A DNA stretch of 64,000 nucleotides from contig OX597818.1 of NCBI GenBank assembly GCA_951406725.2, forward strand, positions 107,818,001 through 107,882,000, given 5' to 3'. The position numbers and the translations under genes were made by a program. This document shows positions 1-13,000 of the stretch, piece after piece (position 1 is the stretch's first letter; every line of letters begins with the position of its first letter). Source of the stretch: Octopus vulgaris (Eukaryota). A model generated the notes under the pieces. It was given only the letters and a program-made list of their open reading frames with translations. It did no database searches and was not told where the DNA came from.

Positions 1-21
1 GGACTTCAAAATCCATTGTTT

Positions 22-240
22 TGTTGTTTCTGGGGAGAGTCATTTTCTTTTTGTGCCTTATAATATAACACACTCACCAGTAAAATTTCCACTTTTTTCA
101 GAGAGTCAAAACTATTGAAAAGGTTGCAAGATGCAACGAAAATTTTAGGAAAATAAAAATAAGAAAAAAGTGGAAATTTTACCGGTGAGTGTGTAACACT
201 GTAAGGCACAAAAAGAAAACGACTCTCCCCAGACACAACA
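22..240. mobile_element. Foldback/MITE-like element with ~77-bp inverted arms
   Basis: 22-98 (tgttgtttctggggagagtc...ccactttttt) is the near-exact reverse complement of 164-240; ~65-bp spacer. Confidence 0.75.
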
Positions 241-1610
241 GAATATGCTTCAACACACGAACTCATATAAAGAATTTTGCAAACCAAATCCAAAAACAAA
301 AATCTATAGTCTTCTCTTATTTTTTATTTGATATAATATGATGATGGTGGTGGTTGTGGTGGTGGCAGCAGCAGCAGTGGTGGTGGTGGTGATGATGATG
401 ATTAGTGGCAGATTTTGTTACTCTTTGTTGCATGTCAAGTGATTATATTACAGTCTCTGTTATTAATATAGATGAGCGAAGATGCAGCCTCATGGGTAGG
501 ATGGGTCTGCAAATTTTACAGCACCATTTTGTATTTGTATGCCTTTAGTAGAATTCAGTCTGCAGCCATTTATACTAGATTTCTGGTTTCTTCCCAGTGC
601 AGACAGTTTACACATCAATCTACACAGTGTCTGTCTATGCGTATATCATTGAATATGTGTGTGTGTGTGTGTGTGTATGTGTGTGTGTGTGTGTGTGTGA
701 GCATCCTTTGTGGATAAACAAAATATATACATGAGATATATGGTTCAATTAATAATTGCAACGAGCTGTTCTTGTTTTCTTAAAAGGATGAAATGAAATC
801 TTTCAGAGATTTGAACAGAGCAACTTGAACTGTGTAGACAAATACGATGTTACATGATAACTTGCTCTGCATGAAGCTTTATGGAGCATTGCTTAAGACT
901 CATTGATTTTTTTTAGAAATTGTACAACAGAGAAGTGAAGCCATGCATGCATTGCAGTCACTGCACTGAAAATAAGCGAGAGGTGCAGTCAGACTGAAAA
1001 TAGTGGACATTACAGTCAATAGAATTTCTCTGTAGAGCCATATGCTATATTTGGAGCCGAAATGCATTGATTCAAACAACCATATTTGAGAGATTCCATG
1101 TGCTTGTGCAGAGAAATGTCAATAGTTGTTAAACTGTAAAGTAATCCAAGCTTAGATGGATTAGAGAGAATAACAGGGAAAATGGTGGATCAAAAACTTA
1201 ACAAGCTCGGAAATAATATTTCTTTTATACGAATGCATTAAAGTTCAAGGATCAGATTTTCATGTATTAGTTGCTATTGAAAATGCCAACAAAATATCTT
1301 CCAGGCTTTAGAGAAATCAGAATTCTTTACAGATTTTCTTCATAAAAAACACTACAAATTTATTTATTATTTTTATTTTTTTTATAAGTGATACAAAGCC
1401 AAACATTTGTAATTGAGGAGTTTAACTGGTTGAGTTCACCATGGACATTGCTGCTGTTTTATGAAAGCCAAGGAATGGATCTTCCACATGGTCACTCAAT
1501 TTGCAAAATATTGCAATCAAATTTCCCTTAAATGACACACAACTATCTTTTAAAGAGAAATGCAAAAACATTTGGTAAAATAATTATTAGCAGCAGAAAC
1601 AATATTAACA

Positions 1611-2101
1611 TCAAAGGTAATATTTGTCCCTGCTTAAAACTGGATGTTGTGTTAGAATGCAAAATTCTGTGACTGTTACAATGAGAGAAACTCATATTGG
1701 CTTCCAGTGCATATAAGCACACTTATCGCAGTATTTTGTGTTCTGCTAAAACATCCACTTTTAAGAGGGGATAAACAATACCCTTTGTGTATTAATACTG
1801 CTTCCATTATTAGTAATTATTTCTTAATAAGCCCACTGTCTATTCATTAGACCAGAGCTTGTTAAGGCATTGTGATAGCAGCTATCTCCAGCATCTGGGC
1901 GTCTACAAGGCCAGAGAAGGCCAAAATCATGTGATCTGGTAGCCTCAGAGATAGCAAGAGATTGATCTCCCCACTGGCGACGTAAACAAGAGTGCTTATA
2001 TGCACCAAATAGTCACTAAGAGTTCCTCTTATGGAAACTGTTGCAGTATTTTGTGTTCTAACCACAACATCCACTTGTAAATGGGAATAAATATTGCCTT
2101 T
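1611..2101. repeat. Three diverged copies of a ~58-bp unit (one inverted, two direct); probable MITE TIRs
   Basis: 1611-1668 is the reverse complement of 1728-1787; 2043-2101 repeats 1728-1787 (gcagtattttgtgttct...acatccact...). Confidence 0.6.
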
Positions 2102-2724
2102 AGATAGCATAGTTTTAAATATACAAAGTATGAATTTAAAAAATCTAAAATTCATGGCAATAAAACTTTTATTTTTGATTTGCTGGATCAAGGCTGATTT
2201 GCAGCTAAACAACAGCAACAACAACACATATTTCTGTGGGTCATCGTCAGTTTAGTCAGAGCAGCAAAGTAATCATAACTCAGGGAAAATAAGCAGAGAA
2301 TTAAAAACTCGCACTATAAAAGTAGGTTTCATTATTATACTTGATATAATGGGCCAAGAGATGTTTATAAATGAATATTAATCTTGGGGATGAGAAAAGA
2401 ATTCATTATACACATAATTCATTCTGATTAAGACAAAAGAAAAAAAAAACAAGAATTTCTATTAATTAGAATTAATTAAAAATAGCATTCGCTGGGAATT
2501 AAGGCTAATCTTTAGCAGTACAGGGATAACTCTGGATATGTTTCAGTCTTATTAGAACTCATCATTAAAGAACCTTAGTCTAACTATTTCTGCAAGGACG
2601 ATGAAAGAGGACAAAGAACTGCAATGAATGACCACTAAGTGGTGCAATAACTGAAAAGTGCAATACAATTTAATTTTCTGGGTTTATATGTGTTGCACAA
2701 CAATATTTCAATTAATGTAACTTG

Positions 2725-3236
2725 GTTGACAGAAATATTTTAAAGAATTTGGTACAGTTTGATCAGGAATTAGATCTTGATATGGTTTGGTGTTATATTA
2801 TAATTTCTTCATGTTTTTAGTTTTATGTTCATTGGTTCATATTCCATTACCATGGCACCAAGTTTGTGGAAAATATACCTACATAACACAAAATAGGTGC
2901 CACAGGTTCTGGTAGGAATCACTCCGGAGAACCTAGTGTTTTCTTTGCTGTGCTATGGTCAGGCCTAACTAGTAAGTCTAGTTGACAGAAATATTTTAAA
3001 GAATTTGGTACAGTTTGATCAGGAATTAGATCTTCATATGGTTTGGTGTTATATTATAATTTCTTCAGGTTTTTAGTTTTACGTTCATTGGTTCATATTC
3101 CGTTACCATGGCACCAAGTTTGTGGAAAATATACCTACATAACACAAAATAGGTGCCACAGGTTCTGGTAGGAATCACTCCGAAGAACCTAATGTTTTCT
3201 TTGCTGTGCTATGGTCAGGCCTAACTAGTAAGTCTA
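2725..3236 (+). repeat. Tandem duplication, 2 x 256 bp
   Basis: 2725-2980 and 2981-3236 are colinear with six substitutions counted by eye. The unit may derive from a degraded L1/Tx1 C-terminal zinc finger (LPWHQVCGKY..NRCHRFW..CFLCC). Confidence 0.9.
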
Positions 3237-3652
3237 GAGAAGTTATGGGCTTTAGTCAGAGAAGTAAATTTTTCCAATGGAAGTATATTTTTAATCAGTG
3301 CATCATCTGTAAACATTTAGCTTCTCTCTGACTAAAGAAACCATTTTGGTGGATGTTCAACTTAGATATCAACAGGTCAACAGCATGAGGCCAGTCAGGA
3401 GAAAATTCAAGAGAAATGGAATTCTGAAAGATAAGGATTGGACAAAAACAGCTGAGTGTGTGGTCTTGCAGGAGCAATACACTGGACATGAAAGAGAAAG
3501 AAATATGGGTGGGTATGTGGGTGGGTGCAGTGAATCTGAGAGAAGAGAAAATTAATTCTGAGGAAGAGAGATTGCTGTGGGAGAAGAATGAAGACACATC
3601 TCTTCAGTGAACCAGTGATTACATAGTATATTCGTGAAGGTACATGCTTCAA

Positions 3653-3940
3653 TAGTTAGGGTATTTGGCTCATGATCATAAGGTCATGGGTTCAATTCCT
3701 GGCCTCGTGTTATGTACTTGAGCAAGACACATTACATTGCTTCAGTCCACTCAGCTGGCAAAGTGAGTTGCATTTGTAATTCAGAAGGCCGGCCTTGTGA
3801 CATCCTGTATCATACTGAATCTCCCTGAGAACCACCTTAAGGGTACACATGTATGTGGAGTACTCAGCCACTTGCACATTAACTTCCATTGATCAGATCA
3901 ACTGCACTACTCTTCCTCACAACCAATGGAGAGCCAGTGC
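3653..3940 (+). mobile_element. tRNA-derived SINE (family D), diverged
   Basis: B-box-like ggttcaattcc and cttgagcaag core shared with the SINE at 17227-17562; a minus-strand fragment of its 3' part lies at 9590-9680. Confidence 0.65.
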
Positions 3941-5057
3941 TTATAGTATCTTGATGAATGACTCTCTACTAATCAGTTGAATTGTCTTCTTTTAGATATG
4001 GTCAAGTGTACAACGTGAGTAGCAGTAGCAGAAGCACCATCCAAGACATTTGAGCAGTTCTTTAATAAAAATTGATGCAAGTTACAGTTTCATAGAGTTC
4101 AGTTCACTTTCGTTTACAGCACAGCTTTTATACAGCTTAATGGGTTCAGTGACACTTTTAAAGGTTCATTAAGCATTTTAATCTAGTTAATTAGTGTTTA
4201 ACAACATTGATGTTTCTTTAGGTTTGCATGAATTCTGATATTTTTAAATATCTAATTTGTGATTGTGGTGGTGTGTGTTGGGGAGGGGGAGGACACTTGG
4301 GGTGGGTTCTATTGTAGGGGATTAGATTAAACGAGGAAGAGTAAAGTTCATAATATCTTCTTTTAGAGGCAAGAATTTGGTTGGTTTTAGAAATAATTCA
4401 TAGGATTCTGGGTAGCAGATAAGGAAAAAGAAAGAGAGAAAGACTAAAAGAAAGGTGAATAGGCAGATATGGAAAGAATGGTGAGTAGAGGAGAGGGAGA
4501 TGGTGAGGAGGAGGGGGCAAGAAAGATAAAAATAAGATGAAAAAGAAGAAAACAAAAAGGAGAAAAAGGAAGAAAAAAGGGAAAATGAAAAACAAGAAGA
4601 CAGCAGCAATGAGAAGAAAATCAACAACAACAACAAGCACATGCTCACTCATACATAGAGAGCTCCAGACATAGATAGATATTTATACTGTTCAATGCAC
4701 ACATTTACACAGATGTCAAGAACACTGCTATTTAATTGTAGTGTTCGTTGAGTGAAGTCATCTCATTCCCTTAGGTGTTGCCCAGAGGCAAGGTTCATAA
4801 CTTAAACTGCTGTGTTGGTTTGTTGCTATGAATCATAGCTTTTTCTGTAGAGCTTTGAGTAAGAGACGAGGTGGATGGAAATAGCCAGCGTTTTTTGTTA
4901 TTTTTTCAACCTAGAAAATATCAGCAAGAGACAAAAGAATACAGGATAGATCTACACACATACACACACACAAACACACACATATAAACACATAAACACA
5001 CATACAAACATGTATACACACACTCACACACATGTATATATATATATATATTATATA

Positions 5058-5098
<41 letters not shown>

Positions 5099-5145
5099 GT
5101 ATATATATATATATGTATATATTATATGTGTATATATTATATGTG

Positions 5146-5180
<35 letters not shown>

Positions 5181-5639
5181 GTATGTATGTATATGGTGGA
5201 GGAGTGTTGACATCAGATCTCATATGAAAAAATGAGAATTCCAAATGATTTATCATATCTTAGAGTTGTATTTGTCTGGCAAGTGGTTCCATATCTAAGA
5301 CAGTCTGTTCCAACTGAAGCAGTTACATCATCGGAGAATCATTTTAGTCATTTAAGAACACCAAATGTGGTTGCTTTCACTTTTTCTATATTTCTTAGGA
5401 GTACAATCAAATACGAAACATTAAAAAGTTTTATTGCACTTGAGTAATGTTGTGTGATTGTATTAATGGCCAGGAGATGAAGTACAGGAAATAGAGTACA
5501 GGAGATAAAGTACAGCAAAACTTTTTGGCAATTCATAGCGGAGTGGACATGTGAGCAATAAAAAAACCGAACTGCTTAAGTATGTTCTTAAATACTTGAA
5601 ATGGCTTATCTCTGATATAATAGCAGACACACTGTTGCT

Positions 5640-5651
5640 GTTATTATTATT

Positions 5652-5684
<33 letters not shown>

Positions 5685-5872
5685 ATTATTATTATTATTT
5701 TGGTTTGACACAGGTTCGGTCTTATTCATGATAGGAATTATGTGGATAGCAAGTTACTACTTATAACCCTCGTTATCCACAAGTTTTCAGCAGTTTTTCA
5801 AATACTTTGAATCCTCCTGGTAATCCTTGCTGTTCCTAAGAGACAAATTTTCAGTAGGAGCTCTACCGGGCA
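5640..5872 (-). mobile_element. 3' end of R4/Dong-like retrotransposon with (AAT/AAC)n tail
   Basis: Minus strand reads PVELLLKICLLGTARITRRIQSI*, homologous to the C-terminus of 8837-9223; short 3' UTR then trinucleotide tail. Confidence 0.7.
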
Positions 5873-5929
5873 TTATTATTATTATTATCATTATTATCAT
5901 TATTATTATTATTATTATCATTATTATAA

Positions 5930-7611
5930 TTCAGTAGTTTTATTTTTATAGTGTGCTTTCACTTCACTACCGAGCACAGCTCTGTGTGCCTTGGGTATGT
6001 ACTGTGATTTGTTGTGATGCTCTGATGGTTATTGTATGGAAAGTGTTATGCGTAGGATGTGTGCAGTGCCTAGTAGTGCAATTTTCTGTATGTTATATGT
6101 GTTTGTAAGTCCTGGTGTTTTTGTTATGTATTTGTCTGGATATTTTTTTATCATGCCTAATGCACCTACTATGATAGGTGCATAGATTTTAGATTTCACA
6201 TTCTGGTTACCTCTATTTCCAGGTCTTTGTATTTTGAAAGTTTCTCCATTTCTTTTAGAGACACGTTGTCATCTGCCGGTATTGATACATCAATTAGAAA
6301 GCATTATTTTTTCTTCATGATCTCTGACAACTATATCGGGTCTGTTGGCCTTAATTTCTCTATCTGTGTGTATTGGCATATCCCAGAGTATGGTTGCTTT
6401 CTTATTTTCTGTGACCTTTTCTGGTGTGTGCCTATACCATCTTTTTTCTGTTGTTATTCCATAATGTTGGCATAGCTTCCAGTGTATGTAGGTTCCAACT
6501 CTGTCATGTCTGTGAATATATTCCTTCTTAGCCAGGACTGGGCATCCAGAGATAATATGATTTATTGTTTCTTGTCCATCTCCACATATTCTGCAGTTAC
6601 TTGTTATATTTCTTTTCATTACATGTTTTTGGTAATTTCTGGTGGGGAGGCTTTGGTCTTGTGCTGCAATTAAAAATCCCTCTGTCTCTGCTTTGAGTCC
6701 TGAGCTTCTCAACCATTGCTGGGATTTTTCTTTGTCTATTTCTTTTGCATTTAGTTTAGTCCAGTATTTACCATGAAGGGGCTTTTCTTGCCATTGTTTT
6801 ATCATGGTTCTTTGCTGTTCTAGTTTTAGTTTTCATTTGTTTTATAGCTTTTGTTGTTTCTTCTTCTTCTTCTTCTTCTTCTTCTTCTTCTTCTTCTTCT
6901 TCTTCTTCTTCTTCTTCATATTTGTTAGGTGGTATGATTTCTTGTTTGTATTTGTCAGCTTCCTTAAATACTGAGAACAGTTTTTTGTTTTGCTCATGTT
7001 TTGCCGCTGTTCGTATCAGTTTTCCTTCCTTCTGAAGTAGATATTTTTGCAGTCCTATGGTGGTTATTTTATAGTAGTTTTCCAGCTGTATAAAGCCTCT
7101 ACCACCTTCTATACGTTGTATATATAGTCTTTCTATGTCAGATTTTGGGTGATGTATCCTAGATCCTGTCATTATTTTTCTTGTTTTCCTATCTATTTTG
7201 ATCAGTTCATTTAGTGTCCAGTTAAGGATATTGTTGCTGTAACTTATAACTGGGACAGCTAAAGTGTTAATATCTATTATCTTGTTTTTAGTATTGAGCT
7301 CTGTTTTTAGTATTGATCTAACTCGTCTATAATATTCTTTTTTTATTTTCTCTTTCATTTGTGCATGTTGTGTCTTATCTAGTTCATGGATTCCTAAGTA
7401 TTTGTAAGTTTGGCTTTGGTCTAATTTTTTTATTTCATTGGTTTTATCTAGTGTGATGTTGCTACTCTTAACTAGTTTTCTCTTTTCATGGTTACTTTGG
7501 CGCATTTTTCTAATCCAAATTTCATATCTATTTCTTTGGTAAATCCATGAACTGCCTTTAATAGTGTTTCCAGCTGTTTGTCATTTGCAGCATATAGTTT
7601 TAGGTCATCCA

Positions 7612-7613
<2 letters not shown>
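5930..7613 (-). mobile_element. 5'-truncated R4/Dong-clade non-LTR retrotransposon (RT C-half, CCHC finger, RLE endonuclease), frameshifted
   Basis: MDDLKLYA RT motif at 7612, FGLEKCA, YKYLG, AQDQSL, CRICG..ETINHIISGC, RHD, RPDIVV, GTAHILR..*; stop at 6029-6031; several frameshifts; (TAA)n on both sides. Confidence 0.93.
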
Positions 7614-7654
<41 letters not shown>

Positions 7655-7832
7655 CATTATTATCATCATTATTATTATTATAATTATTATTATTATTGTT
7701 GTTGTTGTTATTATTATTATCTGTTTACTATTAAAATGGATACTAACTGAATAATCAGCAACAGTAACAACATCAACAACAATATCAATAGCTGAAGCAG
7801 TGATATGGGAATAAAAACAAATGTTAATAGTA

Positions 7833-7923
<91 letters not shown>

Positions 7924-7961
7924 CAACAACAATAACAACAACAATAATAACAATAATAATA

Positions 7962-8157
7962 GTGGTTTCAAATTTTGACACTGGGCCAGCAGTTTTTGAG
8001 GGGAGGAGCAAGTCAATTACAACAATCCAAGTACTTAACCGGTCCTTATTTTATTGACCCTGAAAGGTTGAAAGGCTAAGTTAACCTCAGCAGAATTTGA
8101 ACCCAAAATACAGACAGACAAAATACTGCAAGGGGTAATTCTGCCAGTTCACTGCCT
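7962..8157 (-). mobile_element. SINE family B (Nin-domain-like), degraded
   Basis: Matches the reverse complement of ggcggcgagctggcagaa...gcctttcatcctttcggggtcgataaa core. Confidence 0.7.
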
Positions 8158-8158
8158 A

Positions 8159-8220
<62 letters not shown>

Positions 8221-8224
8221 TAAT

Positions 8225-8545
8225 AATAGCAAAGGGGCTGATTGCTACCTAGTACAGATACCAGCAAACCCCAAAATGGCAGAAATTCAAAAGATAGTGC
8301 TCATGGGAACTGCCCATATCCGACATAAAATACTATCTATGTAATCTCAAATTTCAAACCAAATTCATAATTTTCTTATGGTTTCTTAAACATTCTCTTG
8401 CACAATACCATGTGCAAAACCAAATATATGACACCCTAGGCATAACACCAGCATGAACTTTTAAATTGCTGTCTCTTGAGGTCCCTGGGCTGAGACTTGG
8501 AGTCAACTTGTACAAATACAAAGCAAAAGTCAAACACAAAATCAT
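8225..8545 (+). mobile_element. 3' end of a third R4/Dong-like family
   Basis: IAKGADCYLVQIPANPKMAEIQKIVLMGTAHIRHKILSM* directly after (TAA)n, then 3' UTR. Confidence 0.75.
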
Positions 8546-8549
8546 CAGC

Positions 8550-9235
8550 AGAATATAGACATCGCTAAAGAAAGGAACCCTAAAAAAGAGAGACTGAGAG
8601 TACTACACTGGCAGCACAAGACCAAGCTTTGGCCACGAACTGGAGGGTGAACTTTTGGAAAGAGCAAGTGTCTCTTTTGTACTGCATCTGCAATAGAGTG
8701 AATGAAACCATTGCCCATATTATGAACAAATGCCGGAGACTTTCCTAAAACTACTTCAAGTTGTGACGACATGATCAGGTAGCAAAAGAGCTGCACCGGG
8801 GAGGGGGGGAAGTGGGATGGGCACAAACCTCAGAGAGTGGTGGAGTTGGAGACTAGCAAAAGCCTTTGGGACTTCCCAATTCAAACAGATCAGGTGCTAG
8901 AGCATTACAAACCAGACCTAGCAGTGGTGGACAAAGTGCACCACATGTGCTATGTAGTTGATGTTGCATGCTCCTTTGACCCACGAATAGTCAAGAAGGA
9001 AGGTGAAAAAGTAGATAAATACAATCTTCTTGAGTACGAAATAGCCTGGCTATGGAAAATGAAGGTTGAGATAATACCAATTATTACTGGATCCTTCGGG
9101 ACAGTATCAGAAGGCATCAAGGGGAATATAAAGGAAATTGGAATAGAGTGCCCAGTAGAACTGTTACGAAAGGTTTGCTTCCTTGGCATGGCCAGAATAA
9201 TCAGGAAAATATTAGATAGTTGAAAAGAATGGATA
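8550..9235 (+). mobile_element. R4/Dong-like zinc finger and RLE endonuclease fragment
   Basis: AAQDQAL, C..C..ETIAHI..C, RHD, LWDFPIQTD..KPDL..VDVA, K..KY, LGMARIIRKIL*. Confidence 0.88.
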
Positions 9236-9480
9236 GCATGGCAAACTTTTGTTCCTTAGTGATGTTTGGTTTGGGAAGTTTCACTTTTTCTAGTACTTGT
9301 CTCACTTTCCACCTTAGCTCATCTACCTGAGCTCTTGGTATCTTTATGGCTAATTCTTCAATAGGGGCTTTTATGTCCGAGTATGGAATGCGCTTGATGA
9401 TTGTCGCAAAATTGAGATCTTTGTTTTGTACTGCTTCTTCAGAGCTTTCTAGATGCCAGCTACTTATATTAATTACTATT
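9236..9480 (-). mobile_element. Penelope-like element, region N-terminal to RT
   Basis: ORF 9201-9494: NISS..L..E..V..KDLNFA..IP..DI..IEE...KLPKPNITKEQ, typical of the PLE pre-RT segment. Confidence 0.7.
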
Positions 9481-9824
9481 TCCATATAGATCAAAAGAAA
9501 AGTTAATACATAGATACATAGACATTGTTAAATCAAAAACGAATAGCTACAGCAAATATTGGATGTCACTTTCACTTTTCATCACCACACGAGGATAAAA
9601 TTAATGCACAAGTGGCTGAGTACTCCACAGACATGCATACAATTAATGTAGTTCTCAGGGAGATTCAGCCTCATGCAAAATATGACTTGGCTGGTCCCTT
9701 TCAATTATGACTACAACTCATTTTGGCCAGCTATTCTCATTGCATTTTCAGCTTCTATTTTTCATATATATCATATATATATATATACATACATACTCAT
9801 ATATATATACATGCGTATATTTAT

Positions 9825-10028
9825 GTGGGTGTTTGTGTCTGTGTCTGGCCCACCACCATCATTGCTTGATAACCAATGTTCGTGTGTTTGCATAACTGTA
9901 ACTTAGCTGTTCGGCAGAAAGAGCTGATAAAATAAGCACCAGGCTTACAGAGAATAAGTCCAGGGGCCGTTTTCTTCCACTAAAGGGAAGAATGTAAAAT
10001 GACTGAAACAAGTAAAAGAATAAAAGAA
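9825..10028 (+). mobile_element. SINE family A, 3' half
   Basis: ttgcttgataacc...aacttagc...gaataag...aatgactgaaacaagtaaaaga matches the full copy at 30351-30752. Confidence 0.75.
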
Positions 10029-10199
10029 TACCAGAAGAACATTCTGTAACACTAAACCGAGAAGGTTCTTTGAATATGTTATGATGTATTTTAAGGCTAA
10101 ATAGTAATTCTGTTTATGATTGTGTAACAGAGATATTTTGGTTGGATTATATTGTCACCTGTTTTACATTTCGTTCTATATTCTGCAAGTGTCGCAATA

Positions 10200-10382
10200 T
10201 ACTTTTCTACTATAGGCCAGTCAATTAGATCGCCCCCAGTACACAAATGGTACTTAATTTATCAACCCGAAAAGGATGAAAGGCAAAGTCGACCGCAGCA
10301 GAATTTGAACTCAGAATCTAACAACAAACAAAATACTGCAAAGTATTTTGCCCAGCGTGCTAATGATTCTACCAGCTCGCCC
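10200..10382 (-). mobile_element. SINE family B
   Basis: ggtacttaatttatcaacccgaaaggatgaaaggcaaagtcgac core on the plus strand. Confidence 0.8.
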
Positions 10383-10489
10383 CCCCCCCTTATGCAGTGA
10401 AAATATTAATGAAGAAATGCTCCTTAGTTTGTTTTAACCATCATGACTAAGGCTGAGCTGGAGCACCACTTGTAGGAAGTCATGAATCT

Positions 10490-10793
10490 AAGGCACCATT
10501 CGAGTGTGATCGTTACCAGCATCGCCTTACTGGCATCTGTGCTGGTGGCATGTGTAAAAAGATTCGAGCGAGGTCGTTGCCAGTACCGCCTAACTGGCCC
10601 CTGTGCTGGTGGCATGTAAAAAGCACCCACTACACTCTCGGAGTGGTTGACATTAGGAAGGGCATCCAGCTGTAGAAACTCTGCCAGTCAATATTGGAGC
10701 CTGGTGCAGCCATCTGGTTCGCCAGCCCTCAGTCAAAATCGTCCAACCCATGCTAGCATGGAAAGCGGACGTTAAACGATGACGATGATGATA
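10490..10793 (+). mobile_element. Family C repeat (RTE-type 3' tail ending in (GAT)n; SINE or truncated LINE)
   Basis: ttaggaagggcatccagctgtagaaac...ccatgctagcatggaaagcggacgttaaacgatgacgatgatg; more than 15 related copies in the window. Confidence 0.85.
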
Positions 10794-11635
10794 CATGCTT
10801 ACTTATATAAGTCCCTTCAATGAAAAAACAAACAACCATATGAATGGCAATAACAGAGAAATGGCACCAATAATATCCTCACCAGTGACAACAGCAATAC
10901 CAACCACATTAGAGACAATTACAGGAACTTCATTAATAGAGTTAACAACAACAACAACAGTAATTATTGTCATTTTTGTGGCAACCCAAATTCAATTTTT
11001 ATAGTAAGGCATTAAATCTAATTAATTAAATCAAAGCTAATCTTTCTAAAGTAAATTTGCTCTTCATGGGATTTGAATTGAAAAAGTTCAGATAACAACA
11101 TTAACAAATGCATATAAACCATATGGACATTTAGTGCTGCAACAATGATGAGAACGGTAACTCTAGCAGTAATAGCATTAAGACAAGCTCTGCCAGGAAG
11201 CCTCTGTGCAGTCAGTCAACCTGCAAGAAATATCATTGAAATCTTTCTCAGATATTACACTGCCTTCTTAAAAAGATTGATCAACCAATCTTGAATGGAA
11301 GTCTTGCTCGACTGCCAGAGTAACAATAAATGTTTGGTACAGAAATATTTCTCTTAGTATGAATGATACCTTCAAAGGTAGATAATGGATGAACCCACAT
11401 GAGATTTGCACTAAAAAGCACAACTTGATTTACAAATACTCTCAAAAAATGTAAGATTGTATCCAGGAAAAATACCAGTGGTATGTTTCTCTTTTTAACA
11501 TCACTGATCTACATGAAATGCACCATAAATGATGGGAAAATGTTAAAAGTCTTGAAGCACAGCATTAATGGCTTTAAAAATACCTTTATGGAAGTAAAAG
11601 CTATTCACAGAATAATTCAGAAAACATTCATTTAA

Positions 11636-11855
11636 CCCTTTCATTACTAACCCGGCTGAAACTGGCTCTGGATCTGAGTACAAATGTCTTATTTTCATAA
11701 GTTTTGAATTAAAATCTTCCACTAAACCTTAGTAACAATTTATGTTAATAACATTAGCTGAATGATAACTCAGTTATTTGGATAAATTCTTTGTTATATC
11801 TAAAGTAATTGAAAGAAACACAAAACATCTCAAAATAAATACAGTAACGAAAGGG
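11636..11855 (+). mobile_element. piggyBac-type MITE
   Basis: TTAA|CCCTTT...AAAGGG|TAA ends; same family as 35647-35866 and 35898-36118. Confidence 0.8.
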
Positions 11856-11984
11856 TAAGGAGAACTCACAGCATTCTGGTTAATAATAAAAGTAGTAAAA
11901 GCTGATCCTTTAATTTGATTACACTTATGTACATTCAATAGAAACTGCCAAAATAAATTCCAGAAGCATAAAAACCAGGAACAT

Positions 11985-12140
11985 ATACGGATGTGGTTGT
12001 GTGGTAAGAGATTTGCATCCTAATCACATGGTCCCAAGTTCAGTTTCATTGCATGGTAGCTTAGGCAAGTGATTTCTACTATTGTACTATAGCCAGGGAT
12101 TGCCAAAGCCTTGTGAGTGGATTTAGTAGGTGGAAACTGC
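11985..12140 (+). mobile_element. SINE family A, 5' half
   Basis: tRNA-like head and ccaaagccttgtgagtggattt core. Confidence 0.7.
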
Positions 12141-12560
12141 GGGATGAAAAACAAAACCCGTCAAAGGGCGGAGGAACTCATGAGAGTCAACAGCCATCCA
12201 ATAAATGTTTAAAGGCTATATCATGCGCGGGGACATAGAAATAATCGGACTGAGTATCCAATCGCGTGGTTAAACCATTGGGAGTGAAGGACTCCTAGCC
12301 TTTGTTAGGGCATCCTTCTAGGAGAAGGTAACTCAGGTAACTGGGATAACTCCGACATAAAACCTGCGGCTCAGTGGTTACCGATGATGTTGACTTGTTC
12401 TTCTTTTCGGATTATGGCTGCTGTTGCTTAGTGAGTGGGATTGACTCAGTGCACAGCCTTTCCTCACTTTTAAAAAATCTTCTTGCACAGGCATTGCACG
12501 ATAACAACATTGATTAAACTTCACGCAATGGCCATACATGATAACGAGGGGGCAGCCACC
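12140..12560 (+). mobile_element. Probable RTE LINE 5' UTR fragment
   Basis: GC/CpG-richer block containing gggcatccttctaggagaaggtaactc, resembling RTE 5' UTR motifs; no ORF. Confidence 0.4.
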
Positions 12561-12590
12561 ATGTATGTATGTATGTATGTATGTGAATGA

Positions 12591-12637
<47 letters not shown>

Positions 12638-12729
12638 CATGTGTAGATACATGCGTTTGTACGTAATCACATGAACACATGTATGTATTATTCTTGCTTG
12701 CAGCTGAAGATTATCTAAACAAAAAAAAA

Positions 12730-13000
12730 GCTTAAGATATATTGTCAACAACATCCTAGACCAGACAAGCTACATATATACAAAAAATTGATATCATATG
12801 AAAAATTGCACTTCTAGATTCGAAGAACATCGCAGTCAAGTGTCAAAGACATCATTATCCCTCCATATCCAAGTCTTGCACGTTACCACAGAGATTATGT
12901 TTGCTGTCTCGTGTTGGTTGTGATATATTAATCAAAGCTGAAGCCTCACCTTGATCAATCAAGTTGAAAACTGATACGACGGCCAGTCACCGCAACAGAA
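12730..13000 (+). mobile_element. Degraded Penelope-like GIY-YIG remnant
   Basis: Plus strand reads SRFEEHRSQVSKTSLSLHIQ, resembling the R..EH...S..H segment of PLE endonucleases. Confidence 0.35.

Noticed and set aside
4830-4910. Acceptor followed by VEKITKNAGYFHPPRLLL, faintly like GREB1 FHPRRLLL; also LPDHMIL in ORF 1862-2227
   Set aside because: Matches are a few residues long, followed by a stop, with no further supporting exons
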